Positions 38,098 through 48,807 of a stretch of DNA of 64,000 bases are shown one piece after another. Both the position numbers and the translations under genes were made by a program. This DNA comes from Tagaea sp. GTDB taxonomy: Bacteria; Pseudomonadota; Alphaproteobacteria; CACIAM-22H2. The stretch covers positions 224,001 to 288,000 of the forward strand of contig CBDIIB010000005.1 in the NCBI GenBank assembly GCA_965279525.1, in the 5' to 3' direction. The notes under the pieces are model-generated. The model had not been told where the DNA came from. It worked only from the letters and a program-made list of their open reading frames with translations, and searched no databases. Numbering within the stretch: position 1 is the first letter of the stretch; each line of letters begins with the position of its first letter.

Positions 38098-39690
38098 CTA
38101 CTTGATGTTGACCAGGCGCAGCGGGAAGTAATTGTCGGCCATCTGGGTCACGTCGATATTCTGTTTCATCGCCCACACGATCGTCTGCTGGTGGAGCGGG
38201 ATGTAGCCGAAATCGTCGGCCAGGTGCTTCATGGCCCGGCTGATAAGCTCCTGCCGCTTGCCGCGGTCGGTCTCGACGGCGACGAGGTCGGTCAGCTTGT
38301 CGACCTCGGCGTTCGAGTAGCCGCCGTTGTTGAACTGGCCGCGGCTGCGTGCCGTATCCCGGGTGTGCATGAGATTGAACAGCACGTTGTGCGCATCGTA
38401 GGTCGCCGGCGTCCAGCCGAGCAGGTAGAACGACGTGTTGAAGCCCGGCGTATTGACCTTGGCGAAGAACCGCGCGCGGGTCTGCGCGTTGAGATTCACC
38501 TTCATGCCGATGCGCGCCAGCATCGCGACGGTCGCGGTGCAGATGCCCTCGTCGTTGACGTAGCGGTCGTTCGGGCAGTCGAGCGTCACCTCGAAGCCGC
38601 CCGGATAGCCGGCTTCCGCCAGCAGCCTCTGGGCCGCCGCCGGATCGAACGGAGCCGCCCGCCTGCCCATCTCGGCCGTGTAGCCGTTGACGCCGGGGGC
38701 GATCAGCGAACCGGTCGGGACGGACTGGTTGCGCATGACCCGGCTCTTGATCGCCTCGACATCGATCGCCTGATAGAAGGCCTGGCGCACCCGCTTGTCC
38801 TGGAACGGGTTCTTGCCCTTGACGGGCGAGTCCGTCAGCTCGGGGCGCAGCTGGTCGAAGGACAGGTAGATGATGCGCAGTTCCGGCCCCTGCACGAGCT
38901 TGAGGCCGGGCGTGCGTGCCAGCCTGTCCTGATCCTGCGGCGGCACCGTATAGACGAAGTCGACTTCGCCCGACAGCAGGGCCGCCATGCGGGTCGCGTC
39001 GTTGCCGATGCGGAAGAAGGTCGCCTCGGTGATGTTGTGCGCGGGCTTGTCCCACCAGTTCGGATTCGCGACCAACACCGTCTTCACGTCCGGCTCGCGC
39101 GTGCGCAGCACGAAGGGTCCCGTGCCGTTCGCGTTGCGGGTGGCGAAGCTTTCCTCGTTCTTGGTGATGTCGGCGGCGACGGTCGCGTTGTTCTTCTCCG
39201 CCCACGTCTTCGACATGATGCCCCAGGTCGAAAGCTGGTCGGGGAAGATCGGGTCGACGCCTTCGGTGTCGAACTCAACGGTGAAATCGTCGATCTTGCG
39301 CGCACCCTTGGCGGTCGCCAGCGTGCTCTTGAGATTCGATCCCCCGCTCTTGACGCGAGCGAGCGAGAAGAGCACGTCGTCGGCGGTGAAGGGCGATCCG
39401 TCATGGAACTTGACGCCCTGACGCAGGACGAAGCGCCAGACGGTCGGCGCGGTCTGCTTCCACTCGGTGGCGAGCGATGCCTCGAGCCTGAGACTGGCAT
39501 CGCGCCGCACCAGAGGCTCGTAGATGTTCTGCGTGAAGGTCAGAAGGAACGTTTCGTTGCGCGCGTAAGGATCCATCGAGTTGACGTCGCCGTCATTGGC
39601 CCACCGGAAGGGTTTGGCCTCGAGCGGCGAAACGTTCGCACAGACGGCGAGAAAGCCGGCAAGAATGCCGGCAAACCGGGTCATTTTCAT
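38098..39690 (-). CDS. ABC transporter substrate-binding protein, family 5 (dipeptide/oligopeptide-like)
   Basis: Signal peptide, LRQGVKFHDGSPFTADDV, NGTGPF, RVRQA, CPNDRY. Confidence 0.93.
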   Translation of the reverse strand: MKMTRFAGILAGFLAVCANVSPLEAKPFRWANDGDVNSMDPYARNETFLLTFTQNIYEPLVRRDASLRLEASLATEWKQTAPTVWRFVLRQGVKFHDGSPFTADDVLFSLARVKSGGSNLKSTLATAKGARKIDDFTVEFDTEGVDPIFPDQLSTWGIMSKTWAEKNNATVAADITKNEESFATRNANGTGPFVLRTREPDVKTVLVANPNWWDKPAHNITEATFFRIGNDATRMAALLSGEVDFVYTVPPQDQDRLARTPGLKLVQGPELRIIYLSFDQLRPELTDSPVKGKNPFQDKRVRQAFYQAIDVEAIKSRVMRNQSVPTGSLIAPGVNGYTAEMGRRAAPFDPAAAQRLLAEAGYPGGFEVTLDCPNDRYVNDEGICTATVAMLARIGMKVNLNAQTRARFFAKVNTPGFNTSFYLLGWTPATYDAHNVLFNLMHTRDTARSRGQFNNGGYSNAEVDKLTDLVAVETDRGKRQELISRAMKHLADDFGYIPLHQQTIVWAMKQNIDVTQMADNYFPLRLVNIK

Positions 39691-39841
39691 TTTTGCCCCC
39701 TCCGCTGGAATTCAGGCAAGTTTAGCGGCTGGGATATCCGAATCCACATACTTATGTATTCATATGAAATTCGGGCCACCCGCGAAGGACTGCGGTCGGC
39801 TCGGTCTTAAATTGCCTGAAGCGAGCCGACCGGACGGGGCG

Positions 39842-40462
39842 TCAGTTCGGCCTTGCCGCGTAAAGCTCGCGCAGGTCTTCGGCGGCGCGCGACAGTTCGT
39901 TCAGATGCGGATTGAGCGCCAGCGCACGCTCGTAGGCGACAAGGGCCGCCGCCGGATGGCCCTGGCGCATCGCGATCTGGCCGAACCCCGCCAGCGCCCC
40001 GTAGTGGCGCGGCTCTCGCGCCAGCGTCTCGACGATGTCGGCGACCGCATCGGCATCGCGCGTTTCCATGAAAGCGAGCGTGGCGCGCTTGTTCCATGCC
40101 TCGGCCCAGTCGGGATAGCGCGCGCAAAGATCGTCGAGCGTATCGCGTGCCCGGTCGCTTTCCTTGGCGACGATCTGGCCGATGGCGGCATGCATCGCAT
40201 CGACGGCGGCGGGTTCCGAATGGTCTGTCCATAGCGCCCAGATGAGGTCGCCCGTCTCCTCGGCACCGCGCGGTGGCTTGTCGCGCTGCAGTTCGCGGAA
40301 CAGCGCGTCCAGGCGCTTGGGCAGGCCGGCTGGAGGCACGCGATCGCACAAGGTCAGCACGCGACGCAGCGCCGCCGCGATGTCTGGCGGACGCGGAACC
40401 GACGCGACCGGCGGCCGGACTGCGGTCCGACGGGCGGCTGGCTGTTTGCGTTCCTGTTTCAC
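39842..40462 (-). CDS. TPR-repeat protein
   Basis: PDWAEAWNKRAT, EPRHYGALAGFG, ALALNP; start uncertain. Confidence 0.82.
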   Translation of the reverse strand: MKQERKQPAARRTAVRPPVASVPRPPDIAAALRRVLTLCDRVPPAGLPKRLDALFRELQRDKPPRGAEETGDLIWALWTDHSEPAAVDAMHAAIGQIVAKESDRARDTLDDLCARYPDWAEAWNKRATLAFMETRDADAVADIVETLAREPRHYGALAGFGQIAMRQGHPAAALVAYERALALNPHLNELSRAAEDLRELYAARPN

Positions 40463-40544
40463 GAGGCACAATTTCGCGCATTCGCCGTCCGGTTTCTATC
40501 TTTTTCGCGCGGGTCCGAGGGGATTGGCTATAGTCCGGGCTGTC

Positions 40545-41450
40545 ATGGAATCGTCTCCCAGGAAGCGTCTCGTCGCCGTCGGCGCCACGTGCCTAACGAG
40601 CATCTACCGCATCGAAACCATTCCTGTGGCACCTGCCAAATCGGTGTCGACGCAAGCCTGCCGCGTCGTCGACGGGATGGCGATTTCGGCCGCCTGCGCC
40701 TTCAGCCGCCTTGGCGGCGAGGCCGAAGTCTGGGCGCGCATCGGCGACGATCCGCAAGGTGCCGCGATGCTCGTCGAACTGGCCGAAGCCGGCGTCGATG
40801 TCTCGTCGTGCCGGGTGATCCCGGGCGGGAAGTCGTCGCACTCGGCCGTCATCGTCGACCGGAACGGCGACCGGCTCGTCGTTCCCTACCACGACCCCAG
40901 CCTCGACCGGACGGCGGACTGGCTGCCGTTCGAGCGCTACGCGAAGGCCGATTTCATGCATTGCGAGGTCCGCTGGCCCGAAGGCGCTGAAGCGGCACTG
41001 GCGGCGGCACGGCGGGTCGGCCTGCCGGCCATGCTCGACGGCGAAACGGCTCCGCTCGACGTGCTCCACCGGCTGGTCCCGCTCGCCACGCACGCGGTGT
41101 TTTCCGATCAGGGTCTTTTCGCCTTCGCCGGCACCGGCGATCTCGAGGCGGCGCTGCGCCATGTCGCCGCCAGCCACGACGGCCACGTGGGTGCGAGCTG
41201 CGGACCCGCCGGCTACGCGTGGATCGAGAACGGCGCCGTCCGGCGCGTTCCGGCACCGAAGGTCGATGTCGTCGACACGTTGAGCGCCGGCGACGTGTTC
41301 CATGGCGCGCTGGCACTCGCACTTGCCGAGGGCCGCCCGATGGAAGCGGCCGCGCGCTTCGCGTGCGTTGCCGCGTCGATCAAATGCACGCGCTTCGGCG
41401 GACGGCTCGGCTGCCCGACCCGCGACGAGGTCGAGGCGGCGGGCGGCTAG
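40545..41450 (+). CDS. PfkB family carbohydrate kinase (YihV-like)
   Basis: IGDD, VVDTLSAGDVFHGA, KCTRFGGR. Confidence 0.88.
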   Translation: MESSPRKRLVAVGATCLTSIYRIETIPVAPAKSVSTQACRVVDGMAISAACAFSRLGGEAEVWARIGDDPQGAAMLVELAEAGVDVSSCRVIPGGKSSHSAVIVDRNGDRLVVPYHDPSLDRTADWLPFERYAKADFMHCEVRWPEGAEAALAAARRVGLPAMLDGETAPLDVLHRLVPLATHAVFSDQGLFAFAGTGDLEAALRHVAASHDGHVGASCGPAGYAWIENGAVRRVPAPKVDVVDTLSAGDVFHGALALALAEGRPMEAAARFACVAASIKCTRFGGRLGCPTRDEVEAAGG

Positions 41451-41451
41451 T

Positions 41452-42093
41452 TCAGCCTTTCGCGAAGCCTGCCGCTTGGCGGGCGAGCGCTTCGATCGCC
41501 GGCCAGTCGCGCGTGGCAAGCGCATCCTTCGGCACGACCCACGAACCGCCGACGGTCATGCAGTTGGGCTGTGCGAGATAGGCCGGAATGTCGGCGGGCC
41601 GGATGCCGCCGGTCGGACAGAAGGCGATTTCGGGAAAGACCGGCCCCATCGCCTGGAGCCAGGCCACGCCACCCGCCACGTTGGCCGGAAAGAGCTTGAG
41701 CTCGGCAAAGCCGTGCTCGCGCGCCATCATGATCTCGCCCGCGGTCGACACGCCCGGGATGAAGGGAAGCCCCGCGGCGCGCACGGCCCCCGCAAGCGCC
41801 GGCGTGAGCCCCGGCGAGACGCCGAAGGCCGCACCGGCAGCACGCGCGCGCGCGACGTCGTCGGCATTGAGGATGGTGCCAAGACCGATGCTGGCCTCGG
41901 GAGCCGCCGCGATCATCGCCTTCAAGGCGTCGATCGCCGCCGGCGTGCGCAGCACGACCTCGAACGTCAGGATGCCGCCACGCACGAGCGCACGCGCCAG
42001 ATCCGCGGCAACCGACGCGTCCGGGATCGTCAGGATCGGCATCACGCGGCCGCGAGCAAGGATTTCGCGCATGGAACGGCGTTGGCTGGACAT
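41452..42093 (-). CDS. eda: KDPG/KHG aldolase
   Basis: EVVLRT, GLGT, VSPG, LKLFPA, FCPTGGI, VGGSW. Confidence 0.94.
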   Translation of the reverse strand: MSSQRRSMREILARGRVMPILTIPDASVAADLARALVRGGILTFEVVLRTPAAIDALKAMIAAAPEASIGLGTILNADDVARARAAGAAFGVSPGLTPALAGAVRAAGLPFIPGVSTAGEIMMAREHGFAELKLFPANVAGGVAWLQAMGPVFPEIAFCPTGGIRPADIPAYLAQPNCMTVGGSWVVPKDALATRDWPAIEALARQAAGFAKG

Positions 42094-42232
42094 CGGTTCT
42101 TGCTTTCGGCATCGCTTCCGGGAAGTCCGCGACGATAGGACGGGCGAACCGGCCGGTCAACGTGACGCCGGAATCGCTTGCGCGGCGGGCATGGGCTAGA
42201 GTTCCCAAACTGCCTTCCCAACGATCCAGGCG

Positions 42233-45136
42233 ATGCCGACGCCAGACCCCGATCCGCACCTGCCGCAGCAGTCGCCCCGCAGCCTTGCCGAACGGCTCGG
42301 CGCGCGGATGGCGGCCGTCTTCGCATCGCTTGCAATCGTGCTCCGGCGCCATCAGGAAGGCCAGGCTGCCCGCGCGGCCGCCGCAGCTGCCGAGGTCCGC
42401 TTTCGCGAAGGTCTCGATGCGCTGGGCGAAGGCTTCGCGCTCTACGATGCTTCCGACAGGCTCATCGCGTGGAACGCGCTCTACGTCGTCTTCTTCCCCG
42501 ACGCGCGCAGCCGCATCCGCGTCGGCATGAAGTTCGACGAGCTGCTCGCACTTGTCGCCGGCGATCCGATCTGGTCCGGCCGCGAGGACGAGCGCGCGCG
42601 CTTCATCAATGCAAGCCGGACCGGAAGATCCGCGACGGGTGCCCCCTTCGTCCTCGAGCTTCCGGGGCACAAGGTTGTCGAAGGCATCGAACGGCGCACG
42701 GCGGATGGCGGCCGTGTCGTCATCGTGCGCGACATCACGGCCGAACGCGCGGCCCTGCGCGCACTCGCGATCAGCGACCAGCGCTTCCGCGACGGGCTGG
42801 CGGCGATGACCGAGGCCTTCACGCTCTACGACGAGGAGAACCGCCTGGCGATCTGGAACGACCGGTTCGTCGAGCTGTTCCCGCATCTCGTCGGGCGCCT
42901 GCGCGTGGGGATGGCGCACGAAGAGATCATCCAGCTGGACGCGGCCTCCCGGCTCTACGAGGGCGATGACGCCGAAGACGAGGTCCTGCAGGCCGCCCGC
43001 CTGCGGCGCGAGCGGCCGGGCATGCCCTACGAACTGCGGATGCGTTCGGGCCAGATCATCGAGGGCATGCAGCGGCGCACCGCCGACGGCGGACGCGTCG
43101 CCACATATCGCGACGTCACCGAAGCCCGCCGCACGCTCAAGCAGCTTGCCGACAGCGAGATTCGCGTGCGCGACTTCGCCCAGGTCACGTCGGACTGGTT
43201 CTGGGAGACCGATCAAGAGCACCGCTTCACGTTCGTATCCGATCCGCGCGGCGTTCTGGCGCTCGACCTGCAGGCGACTCTCGGGCGCACGCGCATCGAC
43301 CTGATGGAACCCGTCGACGGGTTTCCCGAATCCGAGATCGCGGCCCACCGCGCCGCACTCGACGCGCATCGTCCGTTCCGCGATTTCATCTACCCGCTCC
43401 GGCTCGGCAGCGGGACGCTCGAATGGGTCGATGTCTCGGGCATCCCGCTGTTCGACGATTCCGGGGCCTTCGTCGGGTATCGCGGTGCAGGGCGCCTCGT
43501 CTCCGAGCAGGTCCGCGCGCGCCGGCGTCTCGAGCTTCTCCAGAACGCGATCGACAACGCCAACGACGCGGTGACGGTCGTGGAGGCGAGCGGCCATCGG
43601 GAACGTCGGGTCGAGATCGCGTTCGTGAACCGCGCGTTCGAACGCCTGACGGGCTTCTCGGCGGCGGAAGTCGTCGGCCAGCCGCCGCGCCGCCTGTTCG
43701 GCACCGACGCCGACCGGCAGGCGGCCGCCGGCCTGTGGGCCGCGATCCGCGACGGCGTGCCCTATCGCGGCGAACTTCTGCTCGCGCGCAAGGATGGCTC
43801 GTCGGGCTGGGTCGACATCCGCCTCGATCCGATATTCGAGCGCGGCCGGCTCACGCACTATGTCGCCATCGAGCGCGACGGCTCGGAGCGCCACGAAAGC
43901 CAGGCCCGCCTCGCCGCCGCACGCGACGAGGCGGAAGCTGCCCGCGAGGCCGCCGAGAAGGCCAACCGCGCCAAGTCGGAATTCCTCGCCTCGATGAGCC
44001 ACGAGATCCGCACGCCGATGAACGGCGTCATCGGCATGGCCGGCGTGCTTCTAGATGGCACGCTCAAGCCCGACCAGCGCCGCGCGGTCGAGACGATCCG
44101 CGATTCCGGCGAGATCCTGCTCCAGATCATCAACGACATCCTCGATCTTTCGAAGCTCGAAGCGGGCAAGATGGCGTTCGACGCGCTTCCCTTCGAGCCG
44201 CACAGCCTGGCCCAGGGCGTCGTCGACATCGTGACGCCGCGCGCGGCGGCAAAGGAACTGCCGGTATCGCTCGTCATTCGGCCGGACGTGCCGCCGACGC
44301 TGGTGGGCGACAGCGTGCGGGTGCGCCAGGTCCTCATCAACCTTGTCGGCAACGCGGTGAAGTTCACCGCCCGCGGCTCGGTGCGGCTGGAGATCGACAG
44401 GCTGCCGCCCGCCCCCGACGGCCGCCTCTGGATCCGCTTCGCTGTGCATGATACCGGCATCGGCATTCCCGAAGAGCGCCGCAAGGACCTGTTCCGCGAG
44501 TTCAACCAGCTCGACAGCTCGATCACGCGCCGCTATGGCGGGACGGGACTCGGTCTTGCGATCTGCCGAAGTCTCGTCGCACGGATGGACGGAGCGATTT
44601 CGGTCGAAAGCGAGGTCGGCCGCGGCAGCATGTTCGAGGTCCGCCTTCCGTTTACCGCAGCCGATCCGGCTGCCCTCGTGGCGGCCGCGCGAAGCGACGG
44701 CACCGCAGGCGGCGGCGTCCTGCTGCGCCGGCCGGACGGCGGTCCGTTGCGCATCCTGCTCGTCGAGGACAACGAGACGAACCGCCTCGTGGCGCTGTCG
44801 ATGCTGGAGAGCGTGGGCCTGACGGCCGATCTGGCGGCCGACGGTGCCGCTGCCGTGGCCGCGGTCATGTCGCGGCCCTACGACATCGTGCTGATGGACA
44901 TCCACATGCCGGAAATGGACGGGCTTGCCGCCGCCCGCGCGATCCGTGCCCTCACCGGCGAGTCCGCCCGCGTCCCGATCGTCGCGGTGACCGCGAACGC
45001 CTTCCAGAGCCACGCGAACGAATGCCTGGAGGCCGGCATGGACGATTTCCTGCCCAAGCCCTACCGGAAGGCCGCCCTGCTCGATGCGATCGCCCGCAAC
45101 GGCCTTTCGCACAAGCCGGATATCGCACAAAGGTAG
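42233..45136 (+). CDS. Cytoplasmic multi-PAS hybrid histidine kinase with REC domain
   Basis: Four PAS-like domains, [33 protein letters not shown]. Confidence 0.93.
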   Translation: MPTPDPDPHLPQQSPRSLAERLGARMAAVFASLAIVLRRHQEGQAARAAAAAAEVRFREGLDALGEGFALYDASDRLIAWNALYVVFFPDARSRIRVGMKFDELLALVAGDPIWSGREDERARFINASRTGRSATGAPFVLELPGHKVVEGIERRTADGGRVVIVRDITAERAALRALAISDQRFRDGLAAMTEAFTLYDEENRLAIWNDRFVELFPHLVGRLRVGMAHEEIIQLDAASRLYEGDDAEDEVLQAARLRRERPGMPYELRMRSGQIIEGMQRRTADGGRVATYRDVTEARRTLKQLADSEIRVRDFAQVTSDWFWETDQEHRFTFVSDPRGVLALDLQATLGRTRIDLMEPVDGFPESEIAAHRAALDAHRPFRDFIYPLRLGSGTLEWVDVSGIPLFDDSGAFVGYRGAGRLVSEQVRARRRLELLQNAIDNANDAVTVVEASGHRERRVEIAFVNRAFERLTGFSAAEVVGQPPRRLFGTDADRQAAAGLWAAIRDGVPYRGELLLARKDGSSGWVDIRLDPIFERGRLTHYVAIERDGSERHESQARLAAARDEAEAAREAAEKANRAKSEFLASMSHEIRTPMNGVIGMAGVLLDGTLKPDQRRAVETIRDSGEILLQIINDILDLSKLEAGKMAFDALPFEPHSLAQGVVDIVTPRAAAKELPVSLVIRPDVPPTLVGDSVRVRQVLINLVGNAVKFTARGSVRLEIDRLPPAPDGRLWIRFAVHDTGIGIPEERRKDLFREFNQLDSSITRRYGGTGLGLAICRSLVARMDGAISVESEVGRGSMFEVRLPFTAADPAALVAAARSDGTAGGGVLLRRPDGGPLRILLVEDNETNRLVALSMLESVGLTADLAADGAAAVAAVMSRPYDIVLMDIHMPEMDGLAAARAIRALTGESARVPIVAVTANAFQSHANECLEAGMDDFLPKPYRKAALLDAIARNGLSHKPDIAQR

Positions 45137-45199
45137 GCAACCGTCGGGCCGGCTGCTAGATTTTCCCGGTCAACATGTCGTCCTGCTGGAGCCCTCCCC

Positions 45200-45523
45200 A
45201 TGATCCTCACCACCACCCAATCGGTCGACGGAAAGCGCATCACTGGCTATCTGGGCGTCGTCTCCGCCGACGTCGTGCTCGGCTCGAACGTCTTCAAGGA
45301 TTTTTTTGCCTCGGTGCGCGACTGGGTCGGCGGGCGCGTCGGCAGCTACGAGAAGGTATTTGCCGAAGCCAAGCAGGAGGCGTTGGCCGAACTCCAGACC
45401 CGCGCCAAGGAACTCGGCGCCGACGCCGTCGTCGGCATCGATCTCGACTACCAGACGATCGGCGGCGACACCAAGATGCTGCTGATGGTCGCGGCCAACG
45501 GCACTGCCGTGAAGCTCGGCTAG
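45200..45523 (+). CDS. YbjQ/UPF0145 family protein
   Basis: MILTTT, RDWVGGR...YE, LGADAVVGI, ANGTAVK. Confidence 0.92.
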   Translation: MILTTTQSVDGKRITGYLGVVSADVVLGSNVFKDFFASVRDWVGGRVGSYEKVFAEAKQEALAELQTRAKELGADAVVGIDLDYQTIGGDTKMLLMVAANGTAVKLG

Positions 45524-45527
45524 GCCG

Positions 45528-46067
45528 ATGGGAATGCGCTCGAACCGGGTGGCAATCATGGGACTGTTCGCGAGCCTGCTGGCGTTGATCGGGTGCGACA
45601 AGCTGGGAATGAGTCAGGTTGTCTATACGACCGGCGCAGACGTGCCGCAGATCCTCCAGGCCGCGTCGGTCGAAGGGCCGCTCGGCGTCGAAGCGATGGG
45701 CGATGGCTTCGGGCTGGACGCTGCCACGCTCGGTGCTCGCGTCGCGGCGGTGCTCGTCGCGAACAACCCGCATCCCTGGCTCAAGTTCGAGACCGATCGC
45801 GCCAAGACGGCCGGCGACTACCGCATGATTTTCGTCTTCGACGCGCGATCCGTCCGCCAGCCGGATTTCCCGGCGATCTGTGCAGGACGCGCGCCGCGTT
45901 TCGAGCGGGACACCGCAAGATTTAATGTCCATGCGGTCCTCTGCACGCCCCGCGGACCCGTGGTCGCGGTCCATGGCTGGTTGAAGCGGCCGGAATCGTT
46001 CGACGATCCGGCACTTCAGCGCCTGATCATCCAGGTGGGCAGCCAGGCGGTCCGCGGTGCCACCTGA
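45528..46067 (+). CDS. Hypothetical lipoprotein
   Basis: Hydrophobic N-terminus ending in the lipobox LIGC; 4 nt after the ybjQ-like gene. Confidence 0.7.
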   Translation: MGMRSNRVAIMGLFASLLALIGCDKLGMSQVVYTTGADVPQILQAASVEGPLGVEAMGDGFGLDAATLGARVAAVLVANNPHPWLKFETDRAKTAGDYRMIFVFDARSVRQPDFPAICAGRAPRFERDTARFNVHAVLCTPRGPVVAVHGWLKRPESFDDPALQRLIIQVGSQAVRGAT

Positions 46068-46085
46068 CCGGATTCAATTTTACCT

Positions 46086-46101
46086 TTAACCGTTCATAAA
46101 C
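46086..46101 (+). promoter_or_regulatory. Putative CtrA box
   Basis: TTAA-CCGTTCA-TAAAC, one mismatch to consensus; GANTC site at 46071. Confidence 0.55.
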
Positions 46102-46124
46102 GCCGCACGCTCGATAAAGGGCGC

Positions 46125-47858
46125 ATGAAGCGCGCCTTTCCGGAGTCCCGACCAACATCTGCCGAGCCGTTCCTGTCGACGACGGACTGCGCGATCATGG
46201 ATGCGATGGCCGACGCGATTCTGGTCGTCAACGCCGAGCACCTGATCCTGCGTGCCAATCCGTCGGCCGGCCGCATGCTCGGTTGCACCGCGGGCGAACT
46301 CGAGCGCCTCGAACTGTCGCGGATCGTCCCGAACGCGGACGCGGTTCCGGAGATCTGGGCGGATAGGGGTCGCGCGCACTCGGCCGAGGTCCACGCGCTG
46401 TCGCTCGACGGGCGGGCGTTCCCGGCAACGCTTTCCGTCAACGCGATATCCGGCATCGACGCGGCATGGCATGTCGTTTCGATTCGCGACGTCACGGATC
46501 AGGCGCGCGCCCATCGCCAGCTCGTCGATCGCACGCTGCGCGACGGGCTTACCGGGCTGCCGACACGCGCCCTGTTTCTCGAACAGGTCGAGCATGCGCT
46601 CGCCCGCCGGCGGGCCGGCTCGGCGGACGGCGAGATCGCCGTGATCTGCATCGGGCTCGACCGGTTCAAGCTCGTCAACGACTCGCTCGGATACCCGGCG
46701 GGCGACGAGCTGCTCGCGGCCGTCGCGGCACGGCTCTCCGAAGAACTTGGGCCCGGCGTGCCGATCGCCCGCCTGGGCGGAGACGAGTTCGGCATCCTGG
46801 TCGACGGCGTGGCGCGCAAATCCGAGGCCGTGGTCGCGGCCGAGCGCGCACTCGGCACGTTCGCGATCACGTTCCCGCTGGCCGGGCGCTCACTCCTCAT
46901 CGGCGCATCGATCGGTCTCGCCTTTGCCGCATCCGAAGACGAGATCGTCGTACAGACGCTGCTGTCGAACGCCGACGTGACCATGCATCGCGCCAAGCGG
47001 GCGGGCGGCGGACGCATCGAGATATTCGAGCCGACGCGGCACAGCGAGGCGCTCGGCCTGCTCGAGATCGAACTTGCACTGCGCGAAGCGCTGCAACGCG
47101 GCGAATTCGAGCTCGTCTACCAGCCGATCGTCGATCTCCAGCGCGGCAACCTGCGCGGCGTGGAGGCCCTGCTGCGCTGGAAGCGCGACGGCGGCGCCAC
47201 GGTACCGCCTTCCGTCTTCATTCCGATCGCCGAGCAGTCCGGCCTGATCGTCCAGATCGGCGAGTGGGTGCTGCGCCGCGCCTGCACGCAGATGAAAGCC
47301 TGGCGCGACAGATACGGTGCGGCCGCTCCCGAATACGTGGCCGTGAATCTTTCCGCACGACAGATCGACCGCGACGACGTGCCGGCACTCGTCCGGCGTG
47401 TTCTGGCCGACACGAACCTCGATCCGCGCCATCTCGAACTCGAGCTGACGGAATCCTCGGTCGTCGAGAACCCGGAAGTCGGCCAACGCATCCTGCAGGA
47501 GGTCGTGGCACTCGGGGTCTCGCTCGCGATCGACGATTTCGGCACCGGCCAGTCCGCCCTATCGCTTTTGCCGCGCTTGCCGCTGGCCAAGCTCAAGATC
47601 GACCGCGCCTTCGTCGCGCGCATGGACGTGGAATCGGAAAGCTTCGAGATCGTGCGCGTGATCGTCTCGCTCGCCCAGGCCCTCGGCATGCGTACCGTCG
47701 CGGAGGGCATCGAGCGGGAAAGCCAGCTTCGCCTGCTGCGCAGCCTGGGCTGCGCCCATGGCCAAGGCTACTTCTTCCACCGCCCGCTGCCGGCAAGCGA
47801 GATCGAGCGCCTGTGCGAAAGCCCGGCGCCGACGAGCATCCGCGCCCAGTCGGCCTGA
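46125..47858 (+). CDS. PAS-GGDEF-EAL diguanylate cyclase/phosphodiesterase
   Basis: DGLTGLP, RLGGDEF, YQP, EALLRW, ELTES, DDFGTG, QGYFF. Confidence 0.94.
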   Translation: MKRAFPESRPTSAEPFLSTTDCAIMDAMADAILVVNAEHLILRANPSAGRMLGCTAGELERLELSRIVPNADAVPEIWADRGRAHSAEVHALSLDGRAFPATLSVNAISGIDAAWHVVSIRDVTDQARAHRQLVDRTLRDGLTGLPTRALFLEQVEHALARRRAGSADGEIAVICIGLDRFKLVNDSLGYPAGDELLAAVAARLSEELGPGVPIARLGGDEFGILVDGVARKSEAVVAAERALGTFAITFPLAGRSLLIGASIGLAFAASEDEIVVQTLLSNADVTMHRAKRAGGGRIEIFEPTRHSEALGLLEIELALREALQRGEFELVYQPIVDLQRGNLRGVEALLRWKRDGGATVPPSVFIPIAEQSGLIVQIGEWVLRRACTQMKAWRDRYGAAAPEYVAVNLSARQIDRDDVPALVRRVLADTNLDPRHLELELTESSVVENPEVGQRILQEVVALGVSLAIDDFGTGQSALSLLPRLPLAKLKIDRAFVARMDVESESFEIVRVIVSLAQALGMRTVAEGIERESQLRLLRSLGCAHGQGYFFHRPLPASEIERLCESPAPTSIRAQSA

Positions 47859-47861
47859 CGG

Positions 47862-48728
47862 CTAGCGGAAAAGCACGTCCTTCGACGCAAGCACCGCACC
47901 ACCGACGATGAGGACGCACGCGGCAAGCAGCGAGAAGCTGGCCGTGCCCGTTCCGGCCAGAAGCAACAGTCCCGTCGACATCAGCGGCGTCAGATAGGAC
48001 GCGGCACCGAGCGCCTTGATGTCGCCCTTCTTCATCCCGATGTCCCAGACGAAGAAGGCAAGCCCGACCGGGCCGAAGCCCATCGCCAGCAGGGCCGTCC
48101 ACTGGCCCGGCGTCCCGGCATAGGCATCCTCGAAGACGAGATGGCATATCGCCGCAAGCGCCGCCGTGCCGACGCAGAACCCCGTCACCGCATCGGTCGG
48201 GACATCGCCAAAGCGGCGCGACAGCACCGAATAACTCGACCAGATCACGGCCGCCGCGAACGCGCATGCGTATCCGGCGATCTGTGCTGGCGCGAAGCCG
48301 CCGGCACCGGCACCAGCACCGACGATCAGGACACAGCCCGCAAGCCCCGCCGCGGCACCTGCAAGATGGAACCAGCGCAGGCGCTCGCCCGGCAGGAAGC
48401 CGGAGAACACGACGATCAGCAGCGGCCAGAGATAGTTGAGCAGGTTCGCTTCGACCGGCGGGGCGAGCGCGATGGCCGCGAAATAGCAGGCGTGATAGCC
48501 GAACAATCCGTAGAGCCCGAGCGCCCAGACGGCCGGGCGCTGGCGCCAGGCGCCGAACAGGGGCTCGCGCCGGATCGCGCGCTTGCCGAGGCCAAGGGCG
48601 CCCGCGATCGCGAAGGTGACGGCGCAGCCGAAGAAAGGCGGCGGCTGCGCGATCGCTGTCAGGACGGCGAGCGATGCCCAGAGTGCGACGGCACCCAATC
48701 CGATCAATGTCGCCGTGCGGACCGTCAA
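47862..48728 (-). CDS. EamA/DMT transporter (YddG-like)
   Basis: About 10 TMs, NYLWPLLIV, WDIGMKKGD; TTG start assumed. Confidence 0.88.
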   Translation of the reverse strand: MTVRTATLIGLGAVALWASLAVLTAIAQPPPFFGCAVTFAIAGALGLGKRAIRREPLFGAWRQRPAVWALGLYGLFGYHACYFAAIALAPPVEANLLNYLWPLLIVVFSGFLPGERLRWFHLAGAAAGLAGCVLIVGAGAGAGGFAPAQIAGYACAFAAAVIWSSYSVLSRRFGDVPTDAVTGFCVGTAALAAICHLVFEDAYAGTPGQWTALLAMGFGPVGLAFFVWDIGMKKGDIKALGAASYLTPLMSTGLLLLAGTGTASFSLLAACVLIVGGAVLASKDVLFR

Positions 48729-48749
48729 GATGCGGGACTCCCCGGAACG

Positions 48750-48782
48750 AAAAAGGCCCCCGGGCATCGCACCGGGGGCCTT
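48750..48782 (-). terminator. Rho-independent terminator after phbB
   Basis: AAGGCCCCCGG/CCGGGGGCCTT 11-bp stem plus T-tract on the minus strand. Confidence 0.85.
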
Positions 48783-48807
48783 CCTCTAGCCGTTTGCCGG
48801 AACGGCT

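Noticed and set aside
42400-43130. Repeated segments in the hybrid kinase gene
   Set aside because: Ordinary tandem PAS-domain duplication
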